NCBI GenBank assembly: GCA_002269645.1
Contig: NIVC01001849.1
Coordinates: 124,001-188,000, forward strand
Source: Macrostomum lignano
Lineage: Eukaryota
Length of the DNA: 64,000 bases
Direction: 5' to 3'
Below, one piece after another: positions 1 to 12,400 of the stretch. A program made the position numbers and the translations under genes. How positions within the stretch are numbered: the first letter of the stretch is position 1; each line of letters opens with the position of its first letter. The notes under the pieces are model-generated. The model had not been told where the DNA came from. It ran no database searches and worked only from the letters and a program-made list of their open reading frames with translations.

Positions 1-257
1 ATGCTGTACTGAACTAGATACCGTACCAGATACAAGTACAATGTTACTGGGTGTAACCTTTGAGCTAAAACTGCATGCATACATAAATATAATGCATGTC
101 ATACTCTTTAAAGTTACTGGTACAGTGTGTCCGACCTAGCTATAATTGGCTTATACTTTGTAAATTATTTGTTACCCCGAACAGTTTAATACACAAGGTA
201 AATTGGATTACCAGTCCCACCGCGGTTGAGCGCAAAATCCAACAGAGCACAGGTTTG

Positions 258-3200
258 CTATCCAGCCCGCTGAAAGACGCTCAAAGTCGAGTAAAATGCG
301 TGGTAGATTGCAACTTTGTCCACGGTACACTCCACCTGACCAGAGGCAGTTGCACAGGTTAGCTGAAGAGATATGTCGGCGGGACCGCGCAGTGGAGCCA
401 GAGAAATTGCATCGATAGGCCCTTCAATGACAGGGTTCAACCAGCCGTCTCGACCTTTGCCAGACAACATTACATGCTGGATTGTGTCCATGTAGCAAGT
501 AACATACTTCCGGCTGACACGTGGGTCAAGGTCAGCATGATGCGGAAACTTTGCCGGTGCCCTGACGAGCTGGCGACAGGCAGGCGCCTGACTTGCCTCT
601 TCTATCTTGGCCTTGGAATCCGCTGAGGCTATACAGCGAATGGCACGTTCGGCATCGAGGCAGATGCAGTCCAAAAGATCTGCATCAGTGGCTTTTTCCA
701 TGCGGTAAACTAGAGCACTGTGCAGAGCGCGAGCTAGTCGAGATATGTTCACATGCATGTCCTAAGCGAAAAAATGATTATTCTAGCTAGTTTGGGAAGA
801 TCAGGATCTTCGTGTCACAAATTTGCATTAGCAAATTTTTTTATTGTAGCTACTGAAGGGTCTCGAGCAGTCCACTGAAATGACCGAATTCGTCTGCTGT
901 GAGAATTAACAGTAGGAGCATTCATAGCAGGTTGGTCCTTGTTGACGACCCAGCCACGTAGCAGCGGTACGCTGCGGAAAGAGCCACCCGGTTTGACAAT
1001 GTCCCCACTTTCGAGGCATTGTGCCAGTCTCGGGTAGTCCAAGACATGGAATTGCTCGGCGCGCCGCTCGAGAAAACTAGCAACAGTCTTCCAGTGCACA
1101 TGGACCTTCCAGTAAGGAAGCTGGAGGTTCTGCGCCATTTCCATCAGAGCCCTGTGTCAAAAGGGTTTGTAACTGCATAAGAAATGGCGAAAAGAGCTTA
1201 AATATCCACAAAGAAAGTCAGAGTCCAGAGCATTTGATGCAGTTACTAAAAACTAAAAATAGTTTGCACAGCAGTGAACTTACTTAATTTGACCTAGCAA
1301 GTCTAGTAGACATAGCAAGTCGAAGACAAAATCATCTCCAAACATTTCATATTGCAGTGTCTCGTCAAAAGCGCAGTTCAGGTTCTCTTTCCGAAAAGCA
1401 GCATGCAGCTCGTTAAATGACGCTAGAATAGTCTCCCACTGGGACATCGCAAAGCTCACAAAGCGTTGAGTTGCAAAGTGGGAGATAGCGCGGGCTTCCT
1501 TTTTGGAGACTGCCTGTGTATCATAATTAGTTGTAAACTGAGTTATGTTTTGTATTATAAGAAAACGTCTTTTTGCTAAGAAAAGAAAGCAAAGGAAAGA
1601 AAGAATCTTGATTATTCAGTAATTATAAATACCTGCAACGTAGAGTAACCACGACCAAGACCAAACAAATGAGCAAAGTTGTTGGCTCTCTTGATAAACT
1701 GCCGCAGAAAGTGCCCATCATCGCTATCACAAACATCTGTGATAGCCAGATTTAGGAAGTGGGCAGCATCCCAGCTGATGGGCACATCCAGATCTGCAGC
1801 ACCGCCATGCCCACTGGACAATTTTTCATTCATCGCATGCCGTAATGGGCCCGTCTGATATTGCCCGTCGGCAACGACACCAACCAATTGGCCGATAGGT
1901 AGCTTAAAGCGAGCCAGACCATCAAAGAGCCGCTGCACAAGAACAGCTCCACTACCGTCCATGTTGGAGTTGTACACTGCTGGGGCACCACCAGGAATGG
2001 CCATTGAATGTCCCAAGTCACCTCTGCAGATAAAAGATGAGATTACGTTTCATTGTATTTTCAGATATGAAAGAATGATTTAGTGTCAAATGAGAACTTA
2101 AAAAAAAAAACATTTTTTTATTAGAAAACAAATAAACTTGCCTAGCCAGTAGCATTATAGCCTGATTAGTTACACAGCCTGGCGTGCTTTTATCGCAGGT
2201 AAGGGCAAGACATGGTGGAAGTCCAGTTGACTACAAACACCTTTAGAAAATTGGCCGTCATTCGGTCAAGGCAGACCTCAAACAACTGCCAGATTTCCAA
2301 ACAGAAGTCTGTAGAAAGTATTGTGATGTAAAGGAATTTTTAATACTAGCAAAAGTAGGACACTGAAGGCAGTGGCCGGGGGACCTCTACTACCTACGGG
2401 GCACCCAAGCAGTGATCTCCCAAGCTAACACATTTGGTTGGGGTTGGTAAAGTACAAGTACAACATGTACATCATTATATACATACTGTCCATGTCCTCT
2501 GTTGCCCACTTCAGCATCAGATGCAGACAGTAGGCAAACGAGAGTCTCGAAGTGGCACCCTACTGCAGCTAGCTTGATGTCAGTGGTTGAAGTGCGCATC
2601 AAAGTCCGCACCACCTTTGCATTGTGGTTTTCGGTATTTTCTTATAAGAATAAAAAGTAATTCTATTTCCATTGCTTATTTGCTTTTAAATATTAATATG
2701 AAGGCATGAAGCATTAAATGTAAAACATTTTGCTTAATTTACAAAGCAGAAAGCATCATTTATCAAGCGTGAGATGTATGTATATATTGTATATGCTAGT
2801 ATGCATAATGCATGTAGGATGTATTATATAATTATATTAAATAGCTAGCTAAATTAAGCAAATAACTGAAAAAATGAAAAAAAATCATGGATTCATTCAT
2901 TCATGGTTCCTTTTGCAAAGATTAAGAAAAATAACCAAATTGTTTTTACTTTCATGTTTAATGTTTATTACACTTTTCAAATAGGCAAATAGTGAAATAG
3001 CATAAATGATAAATTGGATAAAATGAATAATTTTATTGTATAAAGAATAAAGTCTAAATAAATTTATTTTATACAAGACAAAAAAATTGTTTTCAACTTT
3101 TCATTTATTTAATTTCATAGGATAAGTAGATCAATTTTACAAATAAATATATTAGATAAATACAAACTCACTCTCACTCTCACTCTACAACTCTCCTAGT

Positions 3201-3485
3201 ATAGTCTCTAGCGCATTGATGTTATTAGCTAAAAAATGAAATTAATGCTAACTTACTTTCTTCATTGCTTCCAGTTGCAGTTGCAGTTGCAGTTGGATTT
3301 CCATTGGTACTATCGGTGATGGCATCAGCAACAGCATCATTATCAGAGCCAGCAGTCAGATTAAGATTGACAGTGATCGTGTTAGTGCCAGTCCCAGACT
3401 TAGTCACTAAAAGTAAAGCGTCAGAAATGTCATCTTCATTGACTTCTGCATCGCTGAGACTAAGACTAGCATCTTTGCTAGCCAT
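258..3485 (-). mobile_element. Intron-containing hAT-superfamily (ZNF862/C17orf113-like) transposase gene, probably frameshifted; 3' end may extend past 258
   Basis: ATG exon 3485-3257 ends at a GTAAGT donor and splices in frame (phase 1) to exon 2640-2487 (KNTENHNAKVVRTLM...EVGNRGHG). Later segments give LALTCDKSTPG (first catalytic Asp-like), VVADGQY and WDAAHFLNLA (hAT CxxH-like motif) and FATQRFVSF. An apparent frameshift lies near 2230. Family call is from motif recall. Confidence 0.6.
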
Positions 3486-4326
3486 TCTTTAATTTAATGT
3501 TAAGCCTTAGCCTATTATAATAGCCAGTTAGTGACTTAATGTTGTGTTTACTATGTTTGGTCTTTGGACTTTACAAATTAGAGACAGAGTGAGTTTGAGT
3601 GAATTGAGTGTCAATTGATTTGCATTTGCATTTGCATGTTATTGCATCGGTAATTTCATTATAACAATAATTGAACGTAAATTAAAATTTAAATTTTTTG
3701 TAAAATAAAGAAAAATTTGATAACAATTGTTGTAATAATTTGGGATCGCACATGCAACATCATATACATATATGATAATCGTTTCTGAGTATTTCTGAAT
3801 AAAACTTTCAAGTAAAAGAAATGCAGACATAAATAAGAAATGCACACATAAATAAATCCTTACCATGAGTTGTGTACACTGAAATCTGCGCATGGCCAAG
3901 AAATGTACGCTGTATATGCCATGGAAATCAAGTGTATGCCGGAATTTTTCCGGCGCACACCCCACCATCTGCAAAATGGCACAGATGCTACATAGCTTAT
4001 GCATGGTATAGAGAAAAAACAAGCACAACAAAGTTGGCAATAAATTCTAAACATTGACAAGGGTGCACAGCTATTAAGGACAATGCAGCAAAAATGCGAT
4101 GGACTCTGACTCATAGGTCAGTTGCTAAAGAAAAGGAAACTAAAATCTAGATAAGAAAAATACAGAAGCAAAAGACAACAAAAAAATAATTTGATAGCAT
4201 AGATATAATTAAAATGCAAACATGATGAAACTTATAAAATAATAATGGATACGTGCATATTAGATATTGGATTAAAATATTTACAGTTTTCTAGTAAGCA
4301 AGCAAACAAGCAAATAAGTTATTCAA

Positions 4327-6664
4327 CCCCTAGACTGCATTGATGAGTTCATGCCATAGACACAGTTTGCAGCTTGGCCTGCCCTGCAGGCCATGAACAT
4401 TTTTTATCTTTGGCTAACATGTCTTTAATTTTTGGTAGCAACTCCTACTGAGTATTTAGTCTTTGAAACTTTTGGATTGTATTTGTACAGCTTGTGGCTT
4501 AGTTTTTAAGCTAAAGCAGTTTCTATTAATGTCCTTTTCAATTTTTTAACACTATTTATTGGCATTATGGCTCAAGCAGAGCATTTTGATACTGATATTG
4601 ATCCCAAGTTTGAAGAAGGAGACAACAGTTTTTTCACTGATGATGAGGACGAAACCAAACAAGGAGGCATGGAAATGCAAGAGGTAGATGAAGGCTTGGC
4701 CACTGCCCATGGTGCAACCAATGTTTGACATGCATGCCACCCTGGCCAAGATCAGAAGCCGAACCAGGACCCCAAGTTCCTTGGCATGCCAGGTGTCAAT
4801 CTGGATTTGCCGCAACCCGAGAACGCTGACAAAGATCCAGTAGCTTTCAGCCAAATGTTTCTGACACCCAAATTGCTACAGAAGCTGTGCAACTGGACGA
4901 ATGCTCAAGCGTGGCGCAAGTTTGAAGATCTTTAGGATGAACAGCTACCATCGCGATTTTCCAGCTGGAAGGATGTCACTGTAAATGAGATGTCAAAGTT
5001 CGTCAATGGACTCAAAAAGTAGTAAAATAGTAAAATAGTAATAGTCAAAAGTAGTAAAAAAACCGGAAGTGACCCACTATTGGTCTAAAAGCAAGTTCTA
5101 TTCTACGCCATTCTTCCAGCAGCAAGCATGTCTGCCAAGAGACAGGTTTCAGCAGATCAGCAGTCTACTATGCTTCTATGACTGCTCCAACTTTGATGCC
5201 GCTGATCCTCTGGCTAAGGCCAGGCCCTTCATCAACTGTGTGTCGCAGATCTGCCGGAACATGTACATTGTACATGCCAGAGAAGGAGCTAAGCGTAGAC
5301 AAAGAACTGGTGCTGTTCAGAGGAAGAGTACTGTTCCGCCAATATATTACAGCTAACAAAGCGCGGTATGGCATTAAAATTTATTGCTTGTACAAGGCAA
5401 AAACAGGTTATGTTTGCAACTTTCTTGTGCATTCGAGCAGAGCCAAAAATGATAAGTTTGGTCAAGATCTGGGATGTGAAGGACTTTCGATGAGCCAGAA
5501 GGTGCTGGTTGAGACATGCCAATATGTACTAGACCTTGGCTACCATGTCGTTTGCGACAGCTGGTTTGGATTGCATTGCCTAGCAGACTACCTGCTGCAT
5601 CACTGCACACTGCTGACCTGCACAGTGCATGCAAACCGCAGTGTCCCCGTTGAATTAAGAGATCTGGCTGTGCCCGCTCCAGGCTGTGCCTTCATGCGAA
5701 GCGGCAATGTACTTGCTGTGAAGTACGTTGTCAGAAAGGCATCTGGTACAAAGACGGTGTATTTTATTGACACCAAAAATGCTGCCGCCATTCAACATGT
5801 TCATCGCACTGTTCAAGGAAATCAGGAAGTTGTAGAACTCAAGCCTCTAACAGCAACATTGTACAATAGCTTTATGGGCAGTGTTGATAAGCTGGTCTCT
5901 GGCCTACAGCCATATAGCCCTAATAGAAGGACACAAAAGTGGTTTGCCAAGCTAGGGGCCCACTTTTTCTTGGTCCTTGTCAGAAATGGTTGGGTTGTGT
6001 GCCAGTCCCATGGCAGCTTGTATGACTTCCTGGAGTTCCTGGAATTAACCATCAAGGGCTTCATCCAGACTACTGGACCTGCACTGAGCCGGCAAATTCA
6101 AGCACAGCCTGGCACAGGACCCAATAGGCAGCAGCATCTCCTGAAGCGCCTCTGGCCAACAGGTGCCTAGGCTCGGCTAGCCAAGCGTTGCAGACAGTGT
6201 TACAAGAGTGGCCGAGTCAAATAAACTGTCTATTGTTGCAATTTGTTAAGTTGTGACTCACCTGCTGTTATGCCTATGACTGCTACTTGTACTTGGTGTT
6301 ATCGATGTTTGTTGGTCATTGTTGAATTACTCGCTTATCATTTTAAACTTGTTCGTATTACTTGTTTTCGTAAATTTTTCACTATGTCTTTGAACTTTTA
6401 TTCACTATTCCAATGACTGTTGAGAAAATTTATTCACACTTCATAACTCACTTAGTATCCATGTTGCGCCATAGTATAGAAAAAATCAGATGTTAAAAGG
6501 AACAAAAAAGTTAAAACAACTGACTTTTCATGGCCTGCTCTGCAGGCCACAGCTGCAAACTAAGACTCATTAGAAATGTTTTCACATATCAGCAGCAAAT
6601 TGAGCCGCAGACCATAGATATATGAGACCATGACCTGTAGAGCAAGCCATCCACAGTCTTAGGG
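4327..6664 (+). mobile_element. Degenerate piggyBac (PGBD4-like) DNA transposon, about 2.3 kb
   Basis: Frameshifted transposase pieces: HYWS..RDRF; ELSVDKELVLFRGRVLFRQYI..KARYGIK; YHVVCDSWF; YNSFMGSVD; Cys-rich tail KRCRQCY after 6180. Termini tcaa|CCCCTAGACTG (4327) and CAGTCTTAGGG|ttaa (6664). Subterminal inverted repeats at 4365-4397 and 6527-6560. Confidence 0.85.
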
Positions 6665-7149
6665 TTAAGGCATTTATATATATTGCAAAATATCAATTTT
6701 AGTATATAGATAAATAGATAAATAGCCCTTTTTAGGTTGCATTTGGTTAGAGCTAACCATTGTATATATGCCAATGAAATGATATATGTAATATATAGTG
6801 TTGAATTTTAAATGATCACCTAAGTTGCTAAATAGAGATGATTTGGTAAGTTTTACAAGCAAGTAATAAAAATGTATAATGTCAAATAAAAAAGGGCCTT
6901 TTTAGGACACTGCAACTTTCTGCAATGATATAGATTATAAGCAATACAATGCTAGACTGAAGTTATGAAACTACTTAAATTTTCCTAATATATAGATGAA
7001 CAATAGGACAATGACAACTAAAAAACACGTTGAATTAGGTATTGTTGCTGTGTTTATCCTCAATCTCCTTCCTCTGATTAGAAAGTTGTATAGTGGTAGC
7101 ACATATCAATCTAAGGTTTGAATCTCAAGGTGGGACCTTCCATTTAAAT

Positions 7150-7790
7150 GTGACAAATAGGAGCACAAGAAATGCCCACAAACAAATTGCCCACTAAGAT
7201 TTGCCTGCAGGAGATTTGCCTATCAAGATTTGCTTGCATAGCTTTTCCTACCAAGAATTGCCTACAGTGCATTTTGCCAATGAGCAAATTGCCTATGGAG
7301 ATTTTCTTGCCAAGATTTGCCTGCAAGTAAATTTCTTGCCAAGGTTTGCCTATAATGCTTTTTTCCTACAGCGCATTTGGCCACACAGCAGATTTTGTCT
7401 ACATTGCCTCCCCAATGCTTAGTAAGTCTTAATAAAAAGATTTACCCAACCAAACATTTTGATAATAACTGTATATTAAATGCATATTTTTAGGAGGGGG
7501 GGGGCACTACAGACAGAATGTAGTTGCCAAATGTGCTATAAGAAAAAATCATTGTGGGCAAACCTTGGTGGGAAAAAAACTTAGCTGGGCAATTTGCTAG
7601 CAGGGCAATTCACTTGCAGGCAAAATGCACTGCAAGCAATTCTTAGTGGGTAAATCTCCATAAGCAATTCTCTCATGGGCAAAATGTACTACAGGCAAAT
7701 CTTGATAGAAAAAGCTTAGTGGGCAAATCTTGACAAGCTAATCATAGTAGGCAATTTGTCTGCAAGCAATTCTTATGGACCTGTTGACAA
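7150..7790. mobile_element. Foldback/MITE-like element with internally repetitive (about 15-bp unit) inverted arms
   Basis: Left arm repeats AAGATTTGCCT-like units (7180-7420); right arm repeats the reverse complement TGGGCAAATCTT-like units (7510-7790), around a short spacer. Confidence 0.65.
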
Positions 7791-8670
7791 ATTAATCTAG
7801 CGTAGCATAACAGTCCTTGGCAAAACAAGACTAAACATAATAAATCAAATCAAATAAAAGTCTAAGAAGTGATATATTTAGCTTGCTAAATTGGCTAAGT
7901 TTATCATTTTTGAGTAGCAACAATAAAGTTATTAATAATAGATCAAAATAATAGATAGTACAACAAATTATGATTGGCTGAAAGTTACAATAGGTGCTAG
8001 GCAAAATTCTCAATTTTCTAAAACAATTATCACTAGCCAATATATAAAAGGCAATGCAAGAATGTATAGAGAAGTTATACAAAATATGATACATTTATAT
8101 ATAATAGCCTACTAATAGTAAAAACTATGACATTTCACAACTAAGTCAACCCTGTCACAATCTCTTAACTTATATTATAGTATTGACTTCAGTGAGAGCC
8201 TTGTGACTTGCAAATATGTATATAAAAAGCAGAAATCTCTTTTGTGCTAGTAGATAACTGCTATGTAATTAAGTAGAATATTATAAATATAGTTTATATA
8301 TTTAAATGGCTACCCAATGGCTGACTATATTTTGAAAAATAAAGTAGATAAAATATTGTTATTAAAATACTTTAAAAATGTTAAGACCTTTTCAGACTGC
8401 AATTAAAAGTTAGTGGCTTATTTTAGCTTTTATGCCATGAAAGTCCAACTTTTATAAGTGCTTCCTACTGTAAACAGTGCATGCATTTGTTTGCATACCC
8501 TTGGCCATAAAAATACATACCACATACATACCACATATCACTCGGAAGAAAGCCACAAGTTAAGCTGAAGAAAAAGAAAAGAAAAAAAGAAGAAAAAAAG
8601 AAGAAAAAACAAAGAAATAGGAAAATAAAAAAAGGCATAGAAATTGGTTAAGTAAGAGATATATATATAT

Positions 8671-8780
8671 GCAAAATCAATAACCAAGTTTTTGGGCAAA
8701 AATATTCATGTAGTGCCAAATAGGCAAAATCAATAACCAAGTTTTTGGGCAAAAATGATCATGTAGTGCCAAATAGGCAA
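8671..8780. repeat. 53-bp direct duplication, preceded by an A-rich AAGAAAA tract (8570-8635)
   Basis: GCAAAATCAATAACCAAGTTTTTGGGCAAAAAT... starts at 8671 and again at 8724. Confidence 0.8.
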
Positions 8781-9455
8781 ATGCATTACAAAAGTGTTGA
8801 AAAAATTAAGAAACAAGTTTTGTAGCTTTCTTATTAATCAACCAATTTTCAAAAGCAATGTCTTTATAGTTTGGCATATAAGTTTTATTAAATATAATAG
8901 AAAAATGCAAAAATATAACTTGAAAAAACACTCATTGGAGTCCCTATCTATAACACTCAAGTTTCAAGTTACATCAAGGCATGTAAATAGTACAAAAAAT
9001 AGTCTAAGATGCCTATAATATATTATTATTAGATTTTTTTCTTTTCCAACAACAATATGAAGTATGTCATATGTATATATATCCTAATAGAGTAATTCTA
9101 TGTTTCATAGACAGTGCATATCATTAATTTCATTTTTCATGTTTTTGTCCTTGCTTGGTTGATCAGTTTTGCAACATACCTGTCTTGGCTGCCTTGTCAT
9201 CTTGCAAATTAGAATATACAATACAAAATAAAATAAAAGTTTTGATAAATCAAAAGTTGATAAATAAGTCTGAGGTTTAACAAATGAAGACCAAGCAAGG
9301 CTTCTTTGGTTTCTATAAGGTAGGCCTAGTGCATATGGGTAGTATGAATAAGAAACAAGATTATTTTATCATGAACTATATTTTCATTTCAATACCTTAA
9401 AAATTATTTATTGCGAGTTACCACCTTCACTACTCAGACTGCACTGAATTCGTAG

Positions 9456-12400
9456 GTGCTGGCGAAGATGCTGTCACCTTCTGCGACATCGGCGGCCTCT
9501 CCTGCCTCGCCTGGTTCGACTTGGCCAGCCAATGGTCAGCGCGCCCAACTTGTTGCGCAATCAGAAATACTCCGCTTTGAGCTTCATACCGCAGGTGCTG
9601 TACGAGCAGTTCAGCGTGTTTCTCAACTTCTGCTTTCTAGTCATGGCCCTATCGCAGTTTGTGACCGCCCTGAAGATTGGCTATCTGTACACCTACTGGG
9701 GCCCGCTCAGCTTTGTTATCTGCGTCACCGCACTGCGCGAAGCTGTTGACGATCTGCGCAGATGGCGCCGCGACCGGGAGCTCAACTCGGCTCTGTACGA
9801 GGTTGCCGCCGACGCCTCGGCCGAGTCTGCTGTCCGCCTGCTGCCCAGCCGCCTGCTGCAAGTTGGCCACGTTGTCCGGCTGGCCAAAGGCGACCGGGTG
9901 CCAGCAGATCTGGTGCTGCTGCGCGCCCCCGATAGGCGAGGCGCCTGCTACCTGCGCACAGATCAGCTGGACGGCGAAACTGACTGGAAACTGCGAGTTG
10001 CGCCTGCCGCAACTCAGCTGGTGAGAATCAAAACTGAATTTCAAATCAGAGTAAATGGGATATCGTGAAGCATCCCAGTCTCCCATTGAAATGAGTAGCA
10101 GCATCCCATTGAAATGTTAGGGGAGTAGCAGCATCCCATTGAAATGTTAGGGGAGTACCAGCATCCCATTGAAATGTTAGGGGAGTAGCAGCATCCCATT
10201 GAAATGTTAGGGGAGTAACAGCATCCCATTGAAAGGTTAGGGGAGTAGCAGCATCCCATTGAAGGATTAGGGGAGTAACAGCATCCCATTGAAGGATTCG
10301 GGGAATAGCAGCATCCCATTGAAGGATTAGGGGAATAGCAGCATCCCATTGAAGGATTAGGGGAATAGCAGCATCCCATTGAAGGATTAGGGGAATAGCA
10401 GCATCCCATTGAAGGATTATGGGAATAGCAGCATCCCATTGAAGGATTAGGGGAGTAGCAGCCTCCCATTAAAGAATTAGGAGAGTAGCAGCATCCCATT
10501 AAAGAATTAGGAGAGTAGCAGCATCCCATTAAAGAATTAGGAGAGTAGCAGCATCCCATTAAAGAATTAGGAGAGTAGCAGCCTCCCATTAAAGAATTAG
10601 GAGAGTAGTAGCATCCTAATTTAACTACTGAAGCATTATTAATGCGTACTGTACTTCTGTCATCAAATTAATCCGTAGGCCTGGGAAGAGTCTGATCTAA
10701 ATGCTTCGCAAGGCTCCACTGTGTGGGCGGAACGGCCCAGCATGGACTTATCAACATTTGTCGGCACCCTGACTACCTCAACTGGTGCCCAGGTACCGCT
10801 GGGCATTGAAAACACCCTCTGGGCTGGCACCATGCTGGCCTCTGCCGGTCCAGTCCTAGGCGTTGTTGTTTACACTGGCCGAGAGACCCGGGCCGCTATG
10901 AACAGCGCTAAGCCGCGTAGTAAACTATCCCTAATCGATTCCGAAGTTAATTTGGCTACTAAAGTACTTGTAGGATCTGTATTGCTAGTCTCGCTGCTGC
11001 TAGTTGGACTAAAAGGCTTCGGTGGTCAATGGTACAAGTACTTTTGGCGCTTTCTACTGCTGTTCTCCTATATCATTCCGTTGGCGTGAGTAGCTCCAAT
11101 TTGTGTTCCAATTTTTGTCGGACTGAGAAAGATAACTTTGATTTTGTGACAGCAGGAGAGGCTCTAGACGTGAAGTGTGTGAGATTTCAGACACAAGTGA
11201 GATAGAGTTCAGAAACGGGTGAAATGTACTTTAGACACGAGTTATTAAGTGAAATAGACTTCAGGCATGGCCTGGGAGAGATAGACTTCAGGCATGGCCT
11301 GGGAGAGATAGACTTCAGGCATGGATGAGATAGACTTCAGGCATGGATGAGATAGACTTCAGGCATGGATGAGATAGACTTCAGGCATGGATGAGAGAGA
11401 CTTCAGGCATGGATGAGATAGACTTCAGGCATGGATGAGATAGACTTCAGGCATGGATGAGATAGACTTCAGGCATGGATGAGATAGATTTTACGCATGG
11501 CCTGGGAGAGATAGGCTTCAGGCATAAGTAAGGTAGACTTTATTAGTCGCGGAATCAAACACTTAAGACAGTAGGAAGAGAAGTTAGACACATTTAGGTT
11601 TAATAATGGCGTACTGATGCACTTTATTTCACAAATTTGCGCACATAAATTAACAAGCTTGGCACAAACTAATTGCAGGCTTCGCATGAATCTAGACATG
11701 GCCAAGATTATCTACGCGTTTATGATTGTGCGGGACAAGTGCTTAGACGGCTGCGTTGTGCGCAACACCACCGTGCCCGAGGAGCTGGGCAGGATTAGCT
11801 ATCTACTGTCGGATAAAACTGGCACCCTCACTGAGAATAATATGGTGAGTTATTTCTTTGTGAGCGTCATCACAAATACTAGAATAATACATGTATGTCA
11901 CTCACAATTAATCAAGGTTGTGAAATACGATGCGCCTATTCCTAGTAGTCTCATTCAGTATGTCTCTTTAATTTATTGTGGCAGCTGAAAAGGGCCTGTC
12001 AACGTAAGCTCTCATAAAGTGGAGCCCGAGTAACCTATGTATACAAATGATTTAAAAGGTTGCGATGTTATAAGGACTCCATTTTGATAATGTACGCTCG
12101 TATGACATCACATTCGTGAGAATCCCCCGCCATCTTTGCCAATAAGGACATTCAAAGGAAATCGTAAAAGTGCAATAGGGCAACTAGTGTGTGTCAAACA
12201 GTTTCGTTTGGTAATTAGCATAATAAATATTCTTTGTGCCAAATGTGCCAAAAGGACAGACAAAGTCATTTATAACTATGCCAAAGGGCATATATTTGTG
12301 GCACAACTGGCAAACTTACAGTTTTTTGAAAGGACTATTATTTTCGGTCGGGTGAATTACCTGAGCTAGTAGTAGATCTACAACTACAATAATTGAATTA

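Noticed and set aside
10041-10589. 182-aa MGCCYSPN-repeat ORF and similar repeat ORFs (14779-15303 extension, 17568-17786, 21708-22266, 59069-59377)
   Set aside because: They are translations of intronic or intergenic minisatellites whose unit happens to lack stops.
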